Shown here in pieces: positions 10,717 to 25,654 of a stretch of DNA of 57,362 nt (position 1 is the first letter of the stretch; each line of letters opens with the position of its first letter). Under the pieces are notes generated by a model that ran no database searches, was not told the DNA's origin, and saw only the letters and a list, made by a program, of their open reading frames with translations. The stretch spans positions 24,496,922 through 24,554,283 of the forward strand of contig CM119266.1 of the NCBI GenBank assembly GCA_051294375.1, read 5' to 3'. The position numbers and the translations under genes are program-made. The DNA comes from Paraspadella gotoi (taxonomy: Eukaryota; Animalia; Chaetognatha).

Positions 10717-12613
10717 NNNNNNNNNNNNNNNNNNNNNNNNNCGATGACCGGCAATATACAAGAGAAAATTTATAGGAAAGAAAGAAAGATTTATTTGTCA
10801 ACAGAAAGAAATATAACGAGATATAAAGCAATGAAAAAAACTAACGAATGTTGGAAAGGAAATAATAATACTTTTCAAAAGTAAGAGTATCTCCGACAGC
10901 GTTTATAGTTATCACTATTTTCAGTTTCTATCTGCTTATTTTAGGTTATCCCTCGCAACTAGCAAGGACGCCGCGGCCACTGCTACCGCCACCGCCAACG
11001 GTTTTTGCTCGAGGCAACGCCCTCCCTCCTGCCGACGCCAGCTTTCCATGATGCCGCCTGTCCCTCCCTCACTCCGCCCGTCTCACTCCTCCATCTCCCT
11101 GCGCCGACTCCGCTCCCCCTGCCAACGTCGCCGCAGCGCCGCTTTCCAGCGTCGGCTTGGCTTTTGTCTCGCGGCGCGATTTGAGCTCCTGCGACGTCGA
11201 CCGAATCTTATCAAAGGGATTTGCATAATCAAGTCAGTCGCTGGGGAAGGAGAGGTAGGGAGAGAGGGGAGAGGAAGGAAGAGAGGGAGAGGAAGGGATA
11301 GAGGGAGAGGAAGGAGAGAGGGTAGAGGAAAGAGAGAGGGGATGAAGGATGTAATGGGAAGATAGGAAGGGGAAGAGAAAGGGTAAAACGATGAGAGAAG
11401 GGAAAAACTAAGAGGGACTACGAGGATAAGGGCAATGGAAAACGAAGCACAAGGGTAGAGAGAGAGATTTTAATAATAAGAAACGTGAGAAGCAAAGTAA
11501 AAAAAGAGGGAAGCAAGGTAAAGAAAAGAGGAAGCAAGGTAAAAAAGCATGGGAGGAAGGAAATTCAAATGGAGGAGATAAGGTATAAATGGAAAGGAAC
11601 AGGGGTAGAGGAAATCTCAGAAAAGACGTTATAAGTGGTCGGAATCAGGAAATAAGTCACGCCCATTGGGCTTGGATTTGGAATTATAATTGCATATTAC
11701 ACCATCTTTATTTGTATTACACAATGTGTAAGGCTACTGTATATGGAAAATTTTCTTTTTTAAACTAAATTTTCAAACAAAATAAAGTGGATTTGCATTA
11801 AAAAAATTCTCGAAAATAAAAAATGGTTAAAAAATCTTTGAGTTGAATAAATTTCCTCTTTTTTCGGTTTCCTTCTGCTTCGCGAATCTTTGGCGACGAA
11901 ACGTCAGTCAATGTCGAGAAAAAAAATTGATTCTGTCTTTTTCATTCGTGATTTATTCGTTGGACGCGACCTTCGCTGCGATTGAGAATTTGAGAGTCTT
12001 TTGTTCGACAGACAAGAAATATCCGTTGTCGCGCCATCTGTCGGGTGGAAGACTAAGTTTTAAATGTAGGGTCTGAATAAATATATAGGCAGAGAAGGAA
12101 AAAAAAGCTTTGTTACACTTTTAATTCGTGACTGTTTACATCCAATTCTTGGATAAATTTCAACTGTCAAACTAACAATACAAATAAGCTATCGTATCTC
12201 TGACTCAGGACAGGTTAAATATTAGAATTTTCTTTCTGTTGTTGGAGTGCTCAATGCTCAATCCTTGCTTGATATTGTCTTGACAGGGACCAGTGTCGTT
12301 TGTTTAGGTTTCGTTGTGTAAAGATATTGAAATATAGCAATTAAAAAGGAACTCTGTGCAGTGCAGCGCATTGCAGTTCAGTGCTTGGCATGGTCGCCAT
12401 TTACTTTGATCGGCTCAATTTCATTTTCTAACATTCCAACGTTTTGCCATTAATAATTTATTCCTTCTCTCGACACATTTTCTTTTGGATTCTTTTTATT
12501 ATTCTTACATCAACATGCCAAATGGATCCCACATTTCTAAAAAAAAAAAGAACTCAAATTCCCATAGTAACCAATGCATTCGCTATTTCTCTATTTCAAC
12601 CCCTTCTCCCCAA

Positions 12614-12875
12614 ACCGACTCCACTCCCACTCTGCCACACTGCTACCACCTGCTCACCCACTCTGCCCACTCTCCACCACCTGCCAACCCACTCTCCCCA
12701 CACTCCACCACCTGCCCCACTCTCTCCACACTCCACCACCTGCCAACCCACTCTCCCCACACTCCACCACCTGCCCCACCACTCTCCTCCACTCCACCAC
12801 CTGCCCACCACTCTCCCCACTCTCCACCACTGCGCACCCACTCTCCCCACCCTCCACCCACCCACCCTCCTCCAC
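12614..12875. repeat. C-rich/G-rich minisatellite (~25-31 bp units, core CTCCACCACCTGCC); inverted copy at ~27320-27572
   Basis: Repeated CACTCTCCCCACACTCCACCACCTGCC variants. Confidence 0.92.
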
Positions 12876-14470
12876 ACAAACGTCGCTTTTCCATTTCCGG
12901 TTTGACGCTAACGGTCGTCGCGAGGATTTTTCCATTCGATTCTTGTTCCGGTTCTCGGTTCCGTTCCCTGAATACAGAAAAAAAAAGTATCCCTTTTGCC
13001 GTTTGGTCGAAAAATCCCTTTTGCCATTTTGGATTGGAGAAAATCCCGTTGGCCTTTGCGAAAGGAATGCGTATTTACTTTTTTTTTCTGCTTTTGGGAA
13101 TTGGGATGAATAACATGAATATCATCCGAACGCTACAGTTTGTGCTTTTAGTCAGAAAGTTTCTTCTCCAGTTAAAAGTTCATTATTCAATTTGCAGATT
13201 TAATATAATTTATTTATTCTTCTCTGCGTTTCGAACATGATTCGTCGATGATCATTTGTTGAAAAAAAAAAGGAGGTTTGAGAGGTTGATTACTTCTGCC
13301 TCAATCTGACTACGAAGAAACAACTAAACAAAGATATGAAGCAACTTTCAGATAAAAAGTTAGAAAATAAGTATTTTCCTGACTATTTTTCATAAAAAAC
13401 GAATTAGTGTGGAGCAGAAATTACTTAATAGTAATTTACTTATTTTAAAATTATACAGATGTTATCCATTTTAACTTAACTACTATTTAAAAAAAAAACA
13501 AGCCTTGTGTCCCTGATTAGTGGATACATTAAAACATTGGTACTATAATATCTTGAAATCTTATCATTAAATCTAAATAATTTGAAATAAAGTATTTGAA
13601 ATTTTTCATAAAGCCTTTAAGAAAAGCTGTATCTAAAATGTCTTATCCTGCGCCAGCAACTACAAAGAAAAGGAGCTGCAGCTTTAAAAGGACGCAAGCG
13701 AAAAAGCATCAAGATTGCAGCTGTTGCTTCGCTTCTGAGAGCAAGAACGTGCTGCCATCTCCTTCGTAGACGATTTTAAAACAAAAGCTCATTTGAGATT
13801 AGCATTTGAATATATGTATTTTTAAAATTTATAAAATTTATTTATTAATTATTTAAAAATTAATTAATTTATTTATTAATTTATTTATTAATTATTTAAA
13901 AATAATTTATTTATAAAATTTTTGTAAGCGCGGCGAATTATCGAAAACCTTTTTCGTTCACCTCTCATTTATTGAGCCTGGACTTAAATAAATGAGTTCA
14001 GCGATTTCCCTAAGTTATCCTCATCTTTGATTAATTTTTAACAGTGATGTCGACAACTGCTACATTATGCAGAACACTAAGGACTAAGTTAAGCAGGGTA
14101 AGTTCTTCAATAGACAAAAAATAAAAGGAAAAGTCTGTCGCCGGCGGCGAGACAAGTGAACCAACTGATAAAGTGACCACCGTCAAGAATAAACTCTGAC
14201 GGAGGAAATCCGAGGGTCTTCAAACACTCAGAAATGCTACGAAACTGGTAAGACGGATGTAACTAAGAATCTTACAAATTCGTCGTTGCTTCGCTCCATT
14301 ACATCCGGGTGGCGCGAGGACATTAAGAAAGAAAATAGCCTAAGTGCAGTTTGACTTTTGCAATATTGATTGGCGTCCAACGAGAAACGAAAAGGCTCAT
14401 CGTGACGTGACTTCATCGACGCGATTGCATGAACGCGTCTTGTCTGTCTGTTCTGAATGTCTGTCTGTCT

Positions 14471-14707
<237 letters not shown>

Positions 14708-15789
14708 GCCCGGACTTTCGAGTTTACAAACTCGGGACGAATAAGCGATGACTTTTTCTCCTTTATTTAAGACTTCCTTCCTCTTTAGCCACGAGTTAAG
14801 AATCTTTAACTCTATTTCACTTAACTATCGACTTTATTTTCATAAAGTTTGACCACCAAATGCGGAAAAAAGTATTTTAAACAATATATAACGTTTTAAA
14901 AAGGGCATTTTTTACTGAAAGCAAAGAAAATACGCCTAATAACCGTTTTGTTGTTACTTTATTTTAAACTTATGTTTTCCCGCAGCGACATCTTTGATTT
15001 CGCTATTCTTAAGGGCAGTGTCTCAGGAAAGGAAATAACAAAAGATGATCCCTTCTTCGTGAATAGACTATAGAGTGAGACTAAGAGCTATAATTTTATT
15101 TTTCAATTTAATTTTTCGATTTGTTTGTAAACTTTTATAATCCTATGACTCTATTAGAAAATTATGACGACACGAAAACTATCAATCATACATACTTGTT
15201 GATATTTATATAATTTGAGAAAACAAATTCTCGATATTCCGAAAAATATTTCAAATGATTGATGAAAATTACTAATGCTACTTCTTTAAAAAAAATGTCA
15301 ATAATATATAAGTCAAAATACCTCGTAAAAACAAAGAAAGTCACATTTTTTCACCCTCGAGTAAATTTATGCAAATTGACAATTTTTTTTTTATCGAACG
15401 TAAAATCAAATCGAATCGTGATTTTCGGATGAATAAGAAAATCAAAGAAAACAGGAACCGATTAATGAAAACAAGAAATTGCGTCTTACGCTTCTTCGGG
15501 AACAAGCATTAAATGAGATCTATAATTAAATTTTAATAGTAAATACATGAAAAGTGTAAAAATGTGAAAATCATTATCTATTTCTTCCTTCTTCACCCTT
15601 TCAACGCAAATTATAAATAAAGTCCAATATTAATTAAACTAGATTTAATAAAACTTCTCAGTTGTTTCCTGGATGTCGTCCGTGTAAGCAAAAGAGGAAA
15701 AGCTCTTTTTCTTAGAGTACCCTATTTCTATCGTTTGTCTAAAAATTTAAACATTAATATTTAACATAAATATATTTTTCCATTTTAAC

Positions 15790-15985
15790 TAATTCTTTAC
15801 CCTAATCTCTAATCCTTACCTAATCCTTAACCCTGGCCCCTTAGCGTTATCCTAATTTCAAACTCTAAACGTTAATCCCTAAACCAAATCAGAAAACAAA
15901 GTCCATAACCGTGACCTCAAATCTAATTTTCTAACTTATTCCCTAACCTCTAACCTAACTTTTAACTGATAAATTAACCTAATTC
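15790..15985. repeat. Degenerate CCTAA/CCCTAA-like tract; inverted copy at ~24285-24490
   Basis: Repeated CCTAAT, CCTTAA, CCCTAA and CTAACC units. Confidence 0.6.
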
Positions 15986-16426
15986 CGAATTTAAGATAAA
16001 ATGGGGAGTTCTGGGAAAATAAGGCAAAAAAAATGATCAATGACAACAAAAACCCAAAAAATCTTCGATTATTGCGACTAAACATAAAATTTACAAAGAA
16101 TTAAACAATGCAAATAATATTTTAACCTCGATTCTCCCGGCGTGCCAACAAATGACATCATCACCCAAACCGAGTAAAAAAGCTCGCGGCCGATACGTGG
16201 CCAGACTCGGCGAAAGTTCGAGAGCAGGTTCGGCCGCTAATGAGCCGCTCGAGAGGCCGTAAAAATCCTATATATTAGCAATAACCGGGGCGTCGAGAGA
16301 GAAGCGAAGAGAGAAGGGGAGGGAGGAAGTTGTAAAATTTCAAGGAAACAGCTTCGACCTGAAAAAAAAAAGTTGCTGAAGGAAAAAGATTTTATGCTAC
16401 ATAACTGTCGCCAGTTCGGAGCTCGG

Positions 16427-16501
<75 letters not shown>

Positions 16502-16561
16502 CCGGGCGGGTTTTTGAAATGAAGGAAAAAAGAAAACGCGGGGCTGTCCCTCGAGCCACAC

Positions 16562-16650
<89 letters not shown>

Positions 16651-17348
16651 AAGAAATATAAAACTGTTCTCCTCATCTTTGTTTTGAAACAAGACTTCTG
16701 TCCGCAAAAAATAAAAAAAAAAAAAATAATAATTCGCTCTCTCTCTCTTTCTCTCTCTTGTCTTTCTTTTTTTTTATTTTAAAAAGCGACACAAACGACT
16801 TTTTCAGTCTTTCAGACTTTAAATGAATTGAATTTCTACTCGTTTGAAGTTTACTGCTGCCGCCGCGGCCGCCGCCTGTTTTTTCGACGCTTCGACGTCC
16901 GCAGGAGACGCGCTGCAGCCGCTGCCGCCACGGGGTGCGGCCGCGTCAGCAACAACCAAAGCAGCTGCCAAGAAACCATCGGCGTGCCTTCGAGAGTCTT
17001 GACTCTAAAAACTGCCAGTAGAATAAAAACGCATCAGACACCAGCACCCTGTCTCTATCTCCGGGTCCACCTCTCGCACTCTTGCGTTTGTTTAATTTTG
17101 GTGTTTTGTTTGTTTTGTTTTTTTTGCATTTTTTGGTGCTTTCTTGCTTTTTTCATCATTTGTTTCTTTCTTCATTTGCTTGTTTCATTTTTTAGTTCTT
17201 TTTTCTTTTATTTCATCTTTGTTTCTTCTTGATTTTTTTGTATCTTTATTTGTTTGGTTGTTTCTTTCTTTCTTTCTTTCTTTCTTCTTTCTTTCTTTCT
17301 TTCTTTCTTTCTTTTCTTTCTTTCTTCTTTCTTTCCTCTCTTCTCTTC

Positions 17349-17394
<46 letters not shown>

Positions 17395-17858
17395 CTCTCT
17401 CTCTCTCTCTCTTTCTCCCCCCCCTCTCTCTCTCTCTCTCTCTCCCTCATTCTCTCATTTGCATATTCTCGCATCACCCTTCACGCCGCCCTCCACTTTG
17501 CCTTCCTCATTCTCTTTTGATTCGACCGAAGAATTCCTCTTTGACTTCCGCCTGGGAGTCTTCGCATCTTCGCATCTTCATCATCTTCACATCGATGTTC
17601 ACCTTCCGGCCAAACGCGGGTCGTCCTCGTCATCGTCAATATTTTCGTCATCGTCATCGTCGTCATTGTCGTCGTCTTCCTCTGCGTCATGAGCCGCCAC
17701 GACCAAGAGACGATAGCCAATGTTAATTTCGCAATTTTTACCCCTAATTTTTGTAAAGTCATCCATTGAAACATTTTTAAATTTTAACTACAAACCTATT
17801 TGCATGTCTGATGTTCGGTCTGTCTTTTTGTATTTGTGTCTGGATATCTGTTTATCAT

Positions 17859-17923
<65 letters not shown>

Positions 17924-18011
17924 GTCTCTCTCTCTCTCTATCCGAGCGTCTGTCCGAAAACACGAGGAAGCTTCGAAGGAACATATTTTACAACTTCTGT
18001 CGAGTATCATC

Positions 18012-19029
<1,018 letters not shown>

Positions 19030-22000
19030 AAGAGAAAGTTTTAACATCTTTATTAGACGACATCTACTTATGCTACTCATGAAATTCTCATTGTATCAGT
19101 ATCAATAAATTGTTTGATGTGTATGCTATTGATTTCCACTTATTTTTCAAGTAAATAGAAGCAGAAGCATAAATAAATGGACAGCATAATAAAGTTTGGA
19201 CAGCCAGTTTTTTTTAATTTCGGGAAGAAAGATTAAGTCCTCAGTGACTGAATTTGTTTTTCTTGTTTATTTAGAACAGAGTGATTAGAGGTATTTTTAA
19301 TTACATTCAGTTTTAGATAGTTCTGAAACTTTTAAGAAATCTATGTGTATCTGTTCACTAAAACGCCGTTATATTTTAATACGGAAATATCAGCGAGAAA
19401 ACTAATTTCTCAATTCATGTTATAAAAACGTCGGCTATACTGGCTTTAGGCGTGAACAATTCTGACGATATATGGCCTACTTAGGTTAGTCGTCTCAGCC
19501 CTTTCAATATCAATTCAAAAATTTGGCGACTTTTACAAAATTAAAGTTAGCAAAAAATTGTAAGGTTTCAACACAAACAACCCCAGAAAAGTGTAAGCAA
19601 ATACATTTGTTTTTATATTCGAGCCAATTACTTTAAACCCGTTAAACTGTCAAGGGAATTCCGCTCACGATTCGCGACCTGAGAACTCGTGAAACTGTAA
19701 ATCTGTGAAGGAAAGACGGGATGAAGTTGTGACCTTAAATTGGGTTGGATCGTTAAATTCACCAAGAGACGTGAGAAGAGGGCGAGGCGTCGAATCCCCA
19801 ACGCCCCTTCCATCTTCTCGACAAAGGAATAAAAAGGGAGATTCTTTTTAACGAAGAATAATTTGCATAATTACGCGAGTAAAAGAGACAGATATGTTAT
19901 GAAAAACTTATTCTTTAAAAAAATAAAAAGCAATAAGTATTAAGGGACACCATCGCGACCTGAACTTTATTACATCGTTTTTATATATTAAAGACTCTGG
20001 TAAAATATATACTGGGAGAAGAGCGTTGTAATTAGTTCTTCCGTTGGTTTTTTTTTTTTTTTTGTTATACTTCGCAGGGACCGGTAGCGAGGCTAATAGT
20101 AATGATAAAATCCGAGAAGCGACATCTGTCACCCAGCGACGGCCATCCCTGTCAATTATGACGTCATTGTCGTCCTACGTCAGACTCGGCTTCATCAGGT
20201 GTAATTTTTCCATAATGGCGCGCTTCGTCATGAAGACCGGACGAACCTGAAAATAAAGTTATAGACAATTAGTCTATTCGTAATTATTCGATAGTACTAT
20301 CATCCAAACTAAATGAATTTTCGTCTCTGTCACGTGTTTAGAAATTTACAGGATATTAAGCAGAACGTCATTTGGAACCGATAATAGTCACGTCTCACGT
20401 CCGCCCGAATTTCCTGCGTCTTTCACCTCGGTAAAAAAAAAAAGAAGTAGAAATTAAAATGATTTTCAGATTAACGAGTTTACTTGTCATAAATCATGCA
20501 GAGCAGGTTTTTGTTAGCACGGCCCTACGTTTTTAGCAAATCATGTTGAAACGATCATTCTAATAACTAAAGTAATAAGTTATAAATATTCAGTCTACAA
20601 GGATGAGATCCAAATATTTACAAACTAGCATTCACGTTTAAAGAAACATAGTGTTTAAAATTGAATAACGTTTTACGATTTTGTGTTTGTCCCTGTCGTC
20701 GTTTCTCGTCGTTGGAGACTTTATCGTCTTTCTCATCGTCTAACGAATCCATCTCGTCTCCATCGTTATCGTTCGTCGTCGTCTTCAGCTTGCTCTTTTT
20801 TGTACTGTTCACATCTAGCACTTCTTTCGTCTCGTCTCTTCTTTTCGTTCCTTGAAGTCTTCGCGCTCTCTCGTACTCTCTCTCTCTCTCATTTCTTACA
20901 ATCTTCTCTTCTCTCTCTCTCTCTCTCTCCTCCTCTCTCTCTCTCTCAGCTCTCTCTCATCTCTCTCGCGTTGCGGTGCCTACGTCCGCGCTCATACCCC
21001 TTGAGTCCGAGGTGTGACTACGTTTTTGCACACGGAGCTCGGCTGGCCGGGGTTTAACGCGCGGCGGGAAAATGGGCGAGATAGAGGAACGAGAGTGAGA
21101 GAGAGACGGGAGTGGAATTGAGACGGATCGTGGAAAGATGGAGTGCGAGATACGGAGCGAGAAAAAGAGATGGTGATTCCTTACGCGTTTTATTTTTTGT
21201 TGTTGTTGTTGTTGTTGTTGCTTCTTCTTTTTGCGATTTTTTTTCTTTTTTTCTTAATTCGGAATTTAATTTTTTTATCGTATTTATTTTCGTTTGTATT
21301 TTTGAATTCGTCGACGAAAAATTAAGGAAAGTGAAACCAAAAATCCTCGCGAAGTGACTACAGAGGGATTCGTGAGAGCGAGACGTTTCCGTCGGTCTCT
21401 TGCTCGTCTCATTTCTCGGCAAACGCTATCTTCTTCGCCTCTGTCTCTGCTCTTCTCTCTTTCTTCCGGTTGACAGACTCTCATCTCTCTTCTTTCTCTC
21501 TGTCTGAGTCACGAACTTGAGACTTGACTGGCGAGAGAGGGAAGAAGGAAGAGGAGGAAGAGAAGAGAAAAACGGAGAAAGGAGGGAGGGAAGGAGGGAA
21601 GAAGAGCGGAGGGAGGAAAAAAAATACGGAGATACAGGTGGATCCTTGTTCTTTTATCTGCTCTCTCTCTCTCTCTCTCATTCTCCTCTCTCTCTCTCCC
21701 TCTCTCTTCTCTCTCTCTTCCTCGTTTTTCCTTCTCTCAAAGAAAAGAATATTCTGAAAATCATAGTTGAAATGGGTATGAAAATTAAAATTTAGTTTTA
21801 ATATCCTCTTAAAATTGCTAAGACAAATCAAAAAAAAAGTTTTTGTTAGTGTATTTTGTATCGAAGCGACAGATATTAAAAAAATTGTTGTTCAAATTGT
21901 TTTGACTAAGATTCGCAATTTTTTTTGTTACATTGTTATTTTTTTTCGTCTGCATTTTTTTTTTAAGTCTAGTGAATGTCGAGTTTTCTCGCTCGGGTGA

Positions 22001-22236
22001 TTTATCACGTGAAAGTCAGACGCGGGAAATTCTCATCTCTCTTTCTCTCTCTCCTCTTTTCGGGCTCGAGAGTTTGGGGATTTTTCGGCCGCCGGACTTT
22101 TCGATTGGCCGAGTGGTCAGGTGACGTCTTCGTCGGGGGACGCTGATTGGTCGACGGAGAGGGAGTCACGTGACGGTCACGTGGTCTCAAGGATCGAGGG
22201 TCACGTGAGCGACGACGACGACCGAGACGACGATGA
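19030..22236 (+). repeat. Segment A, copy 2 (direct duplicate of 7604-10716)
   Basis: Collinear with copy 1. Overlaps the following inverted arm by GATGA. Confidence 0.95.
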
Positions 22237-22319
22237 TACTCGACAGAAGTTGTAAAATATGTTCCTTCGAAGCTTCCTCGTGTTTTCGGACAGACGCTCG
22301 GATAGAGAGAGAGAGAGAC

Positions 22320-22384
<65 letters not shown>

Positions 22385-22848
22385 ATGATAAACAGATATC
22401 CAGACACAAATACAAAAAGACAGACCGAACATCAGACATGCAAATAGGTTTGTAGTTAAAATTTAAAAATGTTTCAATGGATGACTTTACAAAAATTAGG
22501 GGTAAAAATTGCGAAATTAACATTGGCTATCGTCTCTTGGTCGTGGCGGCTCATGACGCAGAGGAAGACGACGACAATGACGACGATGACGATGACGAAA
22601 ATATTGACGATGACGAGGACGACCCGCGTTTGGCCGGAAGGTGAACATCGATGTGAAGATGCTGAAGATGCGAAGATGCGAAGACTCCCAGGCGGAAGTC
22701 AAAGAGGAATTCTTCGGTCGAATCAAAAGAGAATGAGGAAGGCAAAGTGGAGGGCGGCGTGAAGGGTGATGCGAGAATATGCAAATGAGAGAATGAGGGA
22801 GAGAGAGAGAGAGAGAGAGGGGGGGGAGAAAGAGAGAGAGAGAGAGAG

Positions 22849-22894
<46 letters not shown>

Positions 22895-23592
22895 GAAGAG
22901 AAGAGAGGAAAGAAAGAAGAAAGAAAGAAAAGAAAGAAAGAAAGAAAGAAAGAAAGAAGAAAGAAAGAAAGAAAGAAAGAAACAACCAAACAAATAAAGA
23001 TACAAAAAAATCAAGAAGAAACAAAGATGAAATAAAAGAAAAAAGAACTAAAAAATGAAACAAGCAAATGAAGAAAGAAACAAATGATGAAAAAAGCAAG
23101 AAAGCACCAAAAAATGCAAAAAAAACAAAACAAACAAAACACCAAAATTAAACAAACGCAAGAGTGCGAGAGGTGGACCCGGAGATAGAGACAGGGTGCT
23201 GGTGTCTGATGCGTTTTTATTCTACTGGCAGTTTTTAGAGTCAAGACTCTCGAAGGCACGCCGATGGTTTCTTGGCAGCTGCTTTGGTTGTTGCTGACGC
23301 GGCCGCACCCCGTGGCGGCAGCGGCTGCAGCGCGTCTCCTGCGGACGTCGAAGCGTCGAAAAAACAGGCGGCGGCCGCGGCGGCAGCAGTAAACTTCAAA
23401 CGAGTAGAAATTCAATTCATTTAAAGTCTGAAAGACTGAAAAAGTCGTTTGTGTCGCTTTTTAAAATAAAAAAAAAGAAAGACAAGAGAGAGAAAGAGAG
23501 AGAGAGCGAATTATTATTTTTTTTTTTTTTATTTTTTGCGGACAGAAGTCTTGTTTCAAAACAAAGATGAGGAGAACAGTTTTATATTTCTT

Positions 23593-23685
<93 letters not shown>

Positions 23686-23742
23686 TGGCTCGAGGGACAG
23701 CCCCGCGTTTTCTTTTTTCCTTCATTTCAAAAACCCGCCCGG

Positions 23743-23777
<35 letters not shown>

Positions 23778-23802
23778 NNNNNNNNNNNNNNNNNNNNNNN
23801 NN

Positions 23803-23837
<35 letters not shown>

Positions 23838-25614
23838 CCGAGCTCCGAACTGGCGACAGTTATGTAGCATAAAATCTTTTTCCTTCAGCAACTTTTTTTT
23901 TCAGGTCGAAGCTGTTTCCTTGAAATTTTACAACTTCCTCCCTCCCCTTCTCTCTTCGCTTCTCTCTCGACGCCCCCGGTTATTGCTAATATATAGGATT
24001 TTTACGGCCTCTCCGAGCGGCTCATTAGCGGCCGAACCTGCTCTCGAACTTTCGCCGAGTCTGGCCACGTATCGGCCGCGAGCTTTTTTACTCGGGTTTG
24101 GGTGATGATGTCATTTGTTGGGCACGCCGGGAGAATCGAGGTTAAAATATTTATTTGCATTGTTTAATTCTTTGTAAATTTTATGTTTAGTCGCAATAAT
24201 CGAAGATTTTTGGGTTTTTGTTGTCATTGATAATTTTTTTTTTTTTGCCTTATTTTCCCAGAACTCCCCATTTTATCTTAAATTCGGAATTAGGTTAATT
24301 TTATCAGTTAAAAGTTAGGTTAGAGGTTAGGGAATAAGTTAGAAATTAGATTTGAGGTCAGGGTTATGGACTTTGTTTTCTGATTTGGTTTAGGGATTAA
24401 CGTTTAGAGTTTGAAATTAGGGATAACGCTAAGGGGCCAGGGTTAAGGATTAGGTAAGGATTAGAGATTAGGGTAAAGAATTAGTTAAAATGGAAAAATA
24501 TATTTATGTTAAATATTAATGTTTAAATTTTTAGACAAACGAATAGAAATAGGGTACTCTAAGAAAAAAGAGCTTTTTCTCTTTTGCTTTACACGGACGA
24601 CATCCAGGAAACAACTGAGAAGTTTTATTAAATCTAGTTTAATTAATATTGGACTTTATTTTATAAATTTGCGTTGAAAGGGTGAAGAAGGAAGAAAATA
24701 GATAATGATTTTCACATTTTTCACACTTTTCATGTATTTACTATTAAAATTTAATTATAGATCTCATTTAATGCTTGTTCCCGAAGAAGCGTAAGACGCA
24801 ATTTCTTGTTTTCATTAATTCGGTTCCTGTTTTCTTTGATTTTCTTATTCATCCGAAAATCACGATTCGATTTGATTTTACGTTCGATAAAAAAAAATTG
24901 TCAATTTGCATAAATTTACTCGAGGTTGAAAAAATGTGACTTTCTTTTGTTTTTACGAGGTATTTTGACTTATATATTTTGACATTTTTTTTAAAGAAGT
25001 AGCATTAGTAATTTTCATCAATCGTTTGAAATATTTTTTCGGAATATCGAGAATTTGTTTTCTCAAATTATATAAATATCAACAAGTATGTATGATTGAT
25101 AGTTTTCTGTGTCGTCATAATTTTCCAATAGAGTCATAGGATTATAAAAGTTTACAAACAAATCGAAAAATTAAATTGAAAAATAAAATTATAGCTCTTA
25201 GTCTCACTCTATAGTCTATACACGAAGAAGGGATCATCTTTTGTTATTTCCTTTCCTGAGACACTGCCCTTAAGAATAGCGAAATCAAAGATGTCGCTGC
25301 GGGAAAACATAAGTTTAAAATAAAGTAACAACAAAACGGTTTTTAGGCGTATTTTCTTTGCTTTCAGTAAAAAAATGCCCTTTTAAAACGTTATACATTG
25401 TTTAAAATACTTTTTTCCGCATTTGGTGGTCAAACTTTATGAAAATAAAGTCGATAGTTAAGTGAAATAAGAGTTAAAGATTCTTAACTCGTGGCTAAAG
25501 AGGAAGGAAGTCTTAAATAAAGGAGAAAAAGTCATCGCTTATTCGTCCCGAGTTTGTAAACTCGAAAAGTCCGGGCTTTATGGCCCCCTCATCAATTCTT
25601 GACCAAACGATAAT

Positions 25615-25654
<40 letters not shown>

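Noticed and set aside
17481-17774. Acidic or Thr/Met-rich ORFs repeated three times
   Set aside because: They derive from GAC/GAT trinucleotide runs, and the recurrence only reflects the duplication.
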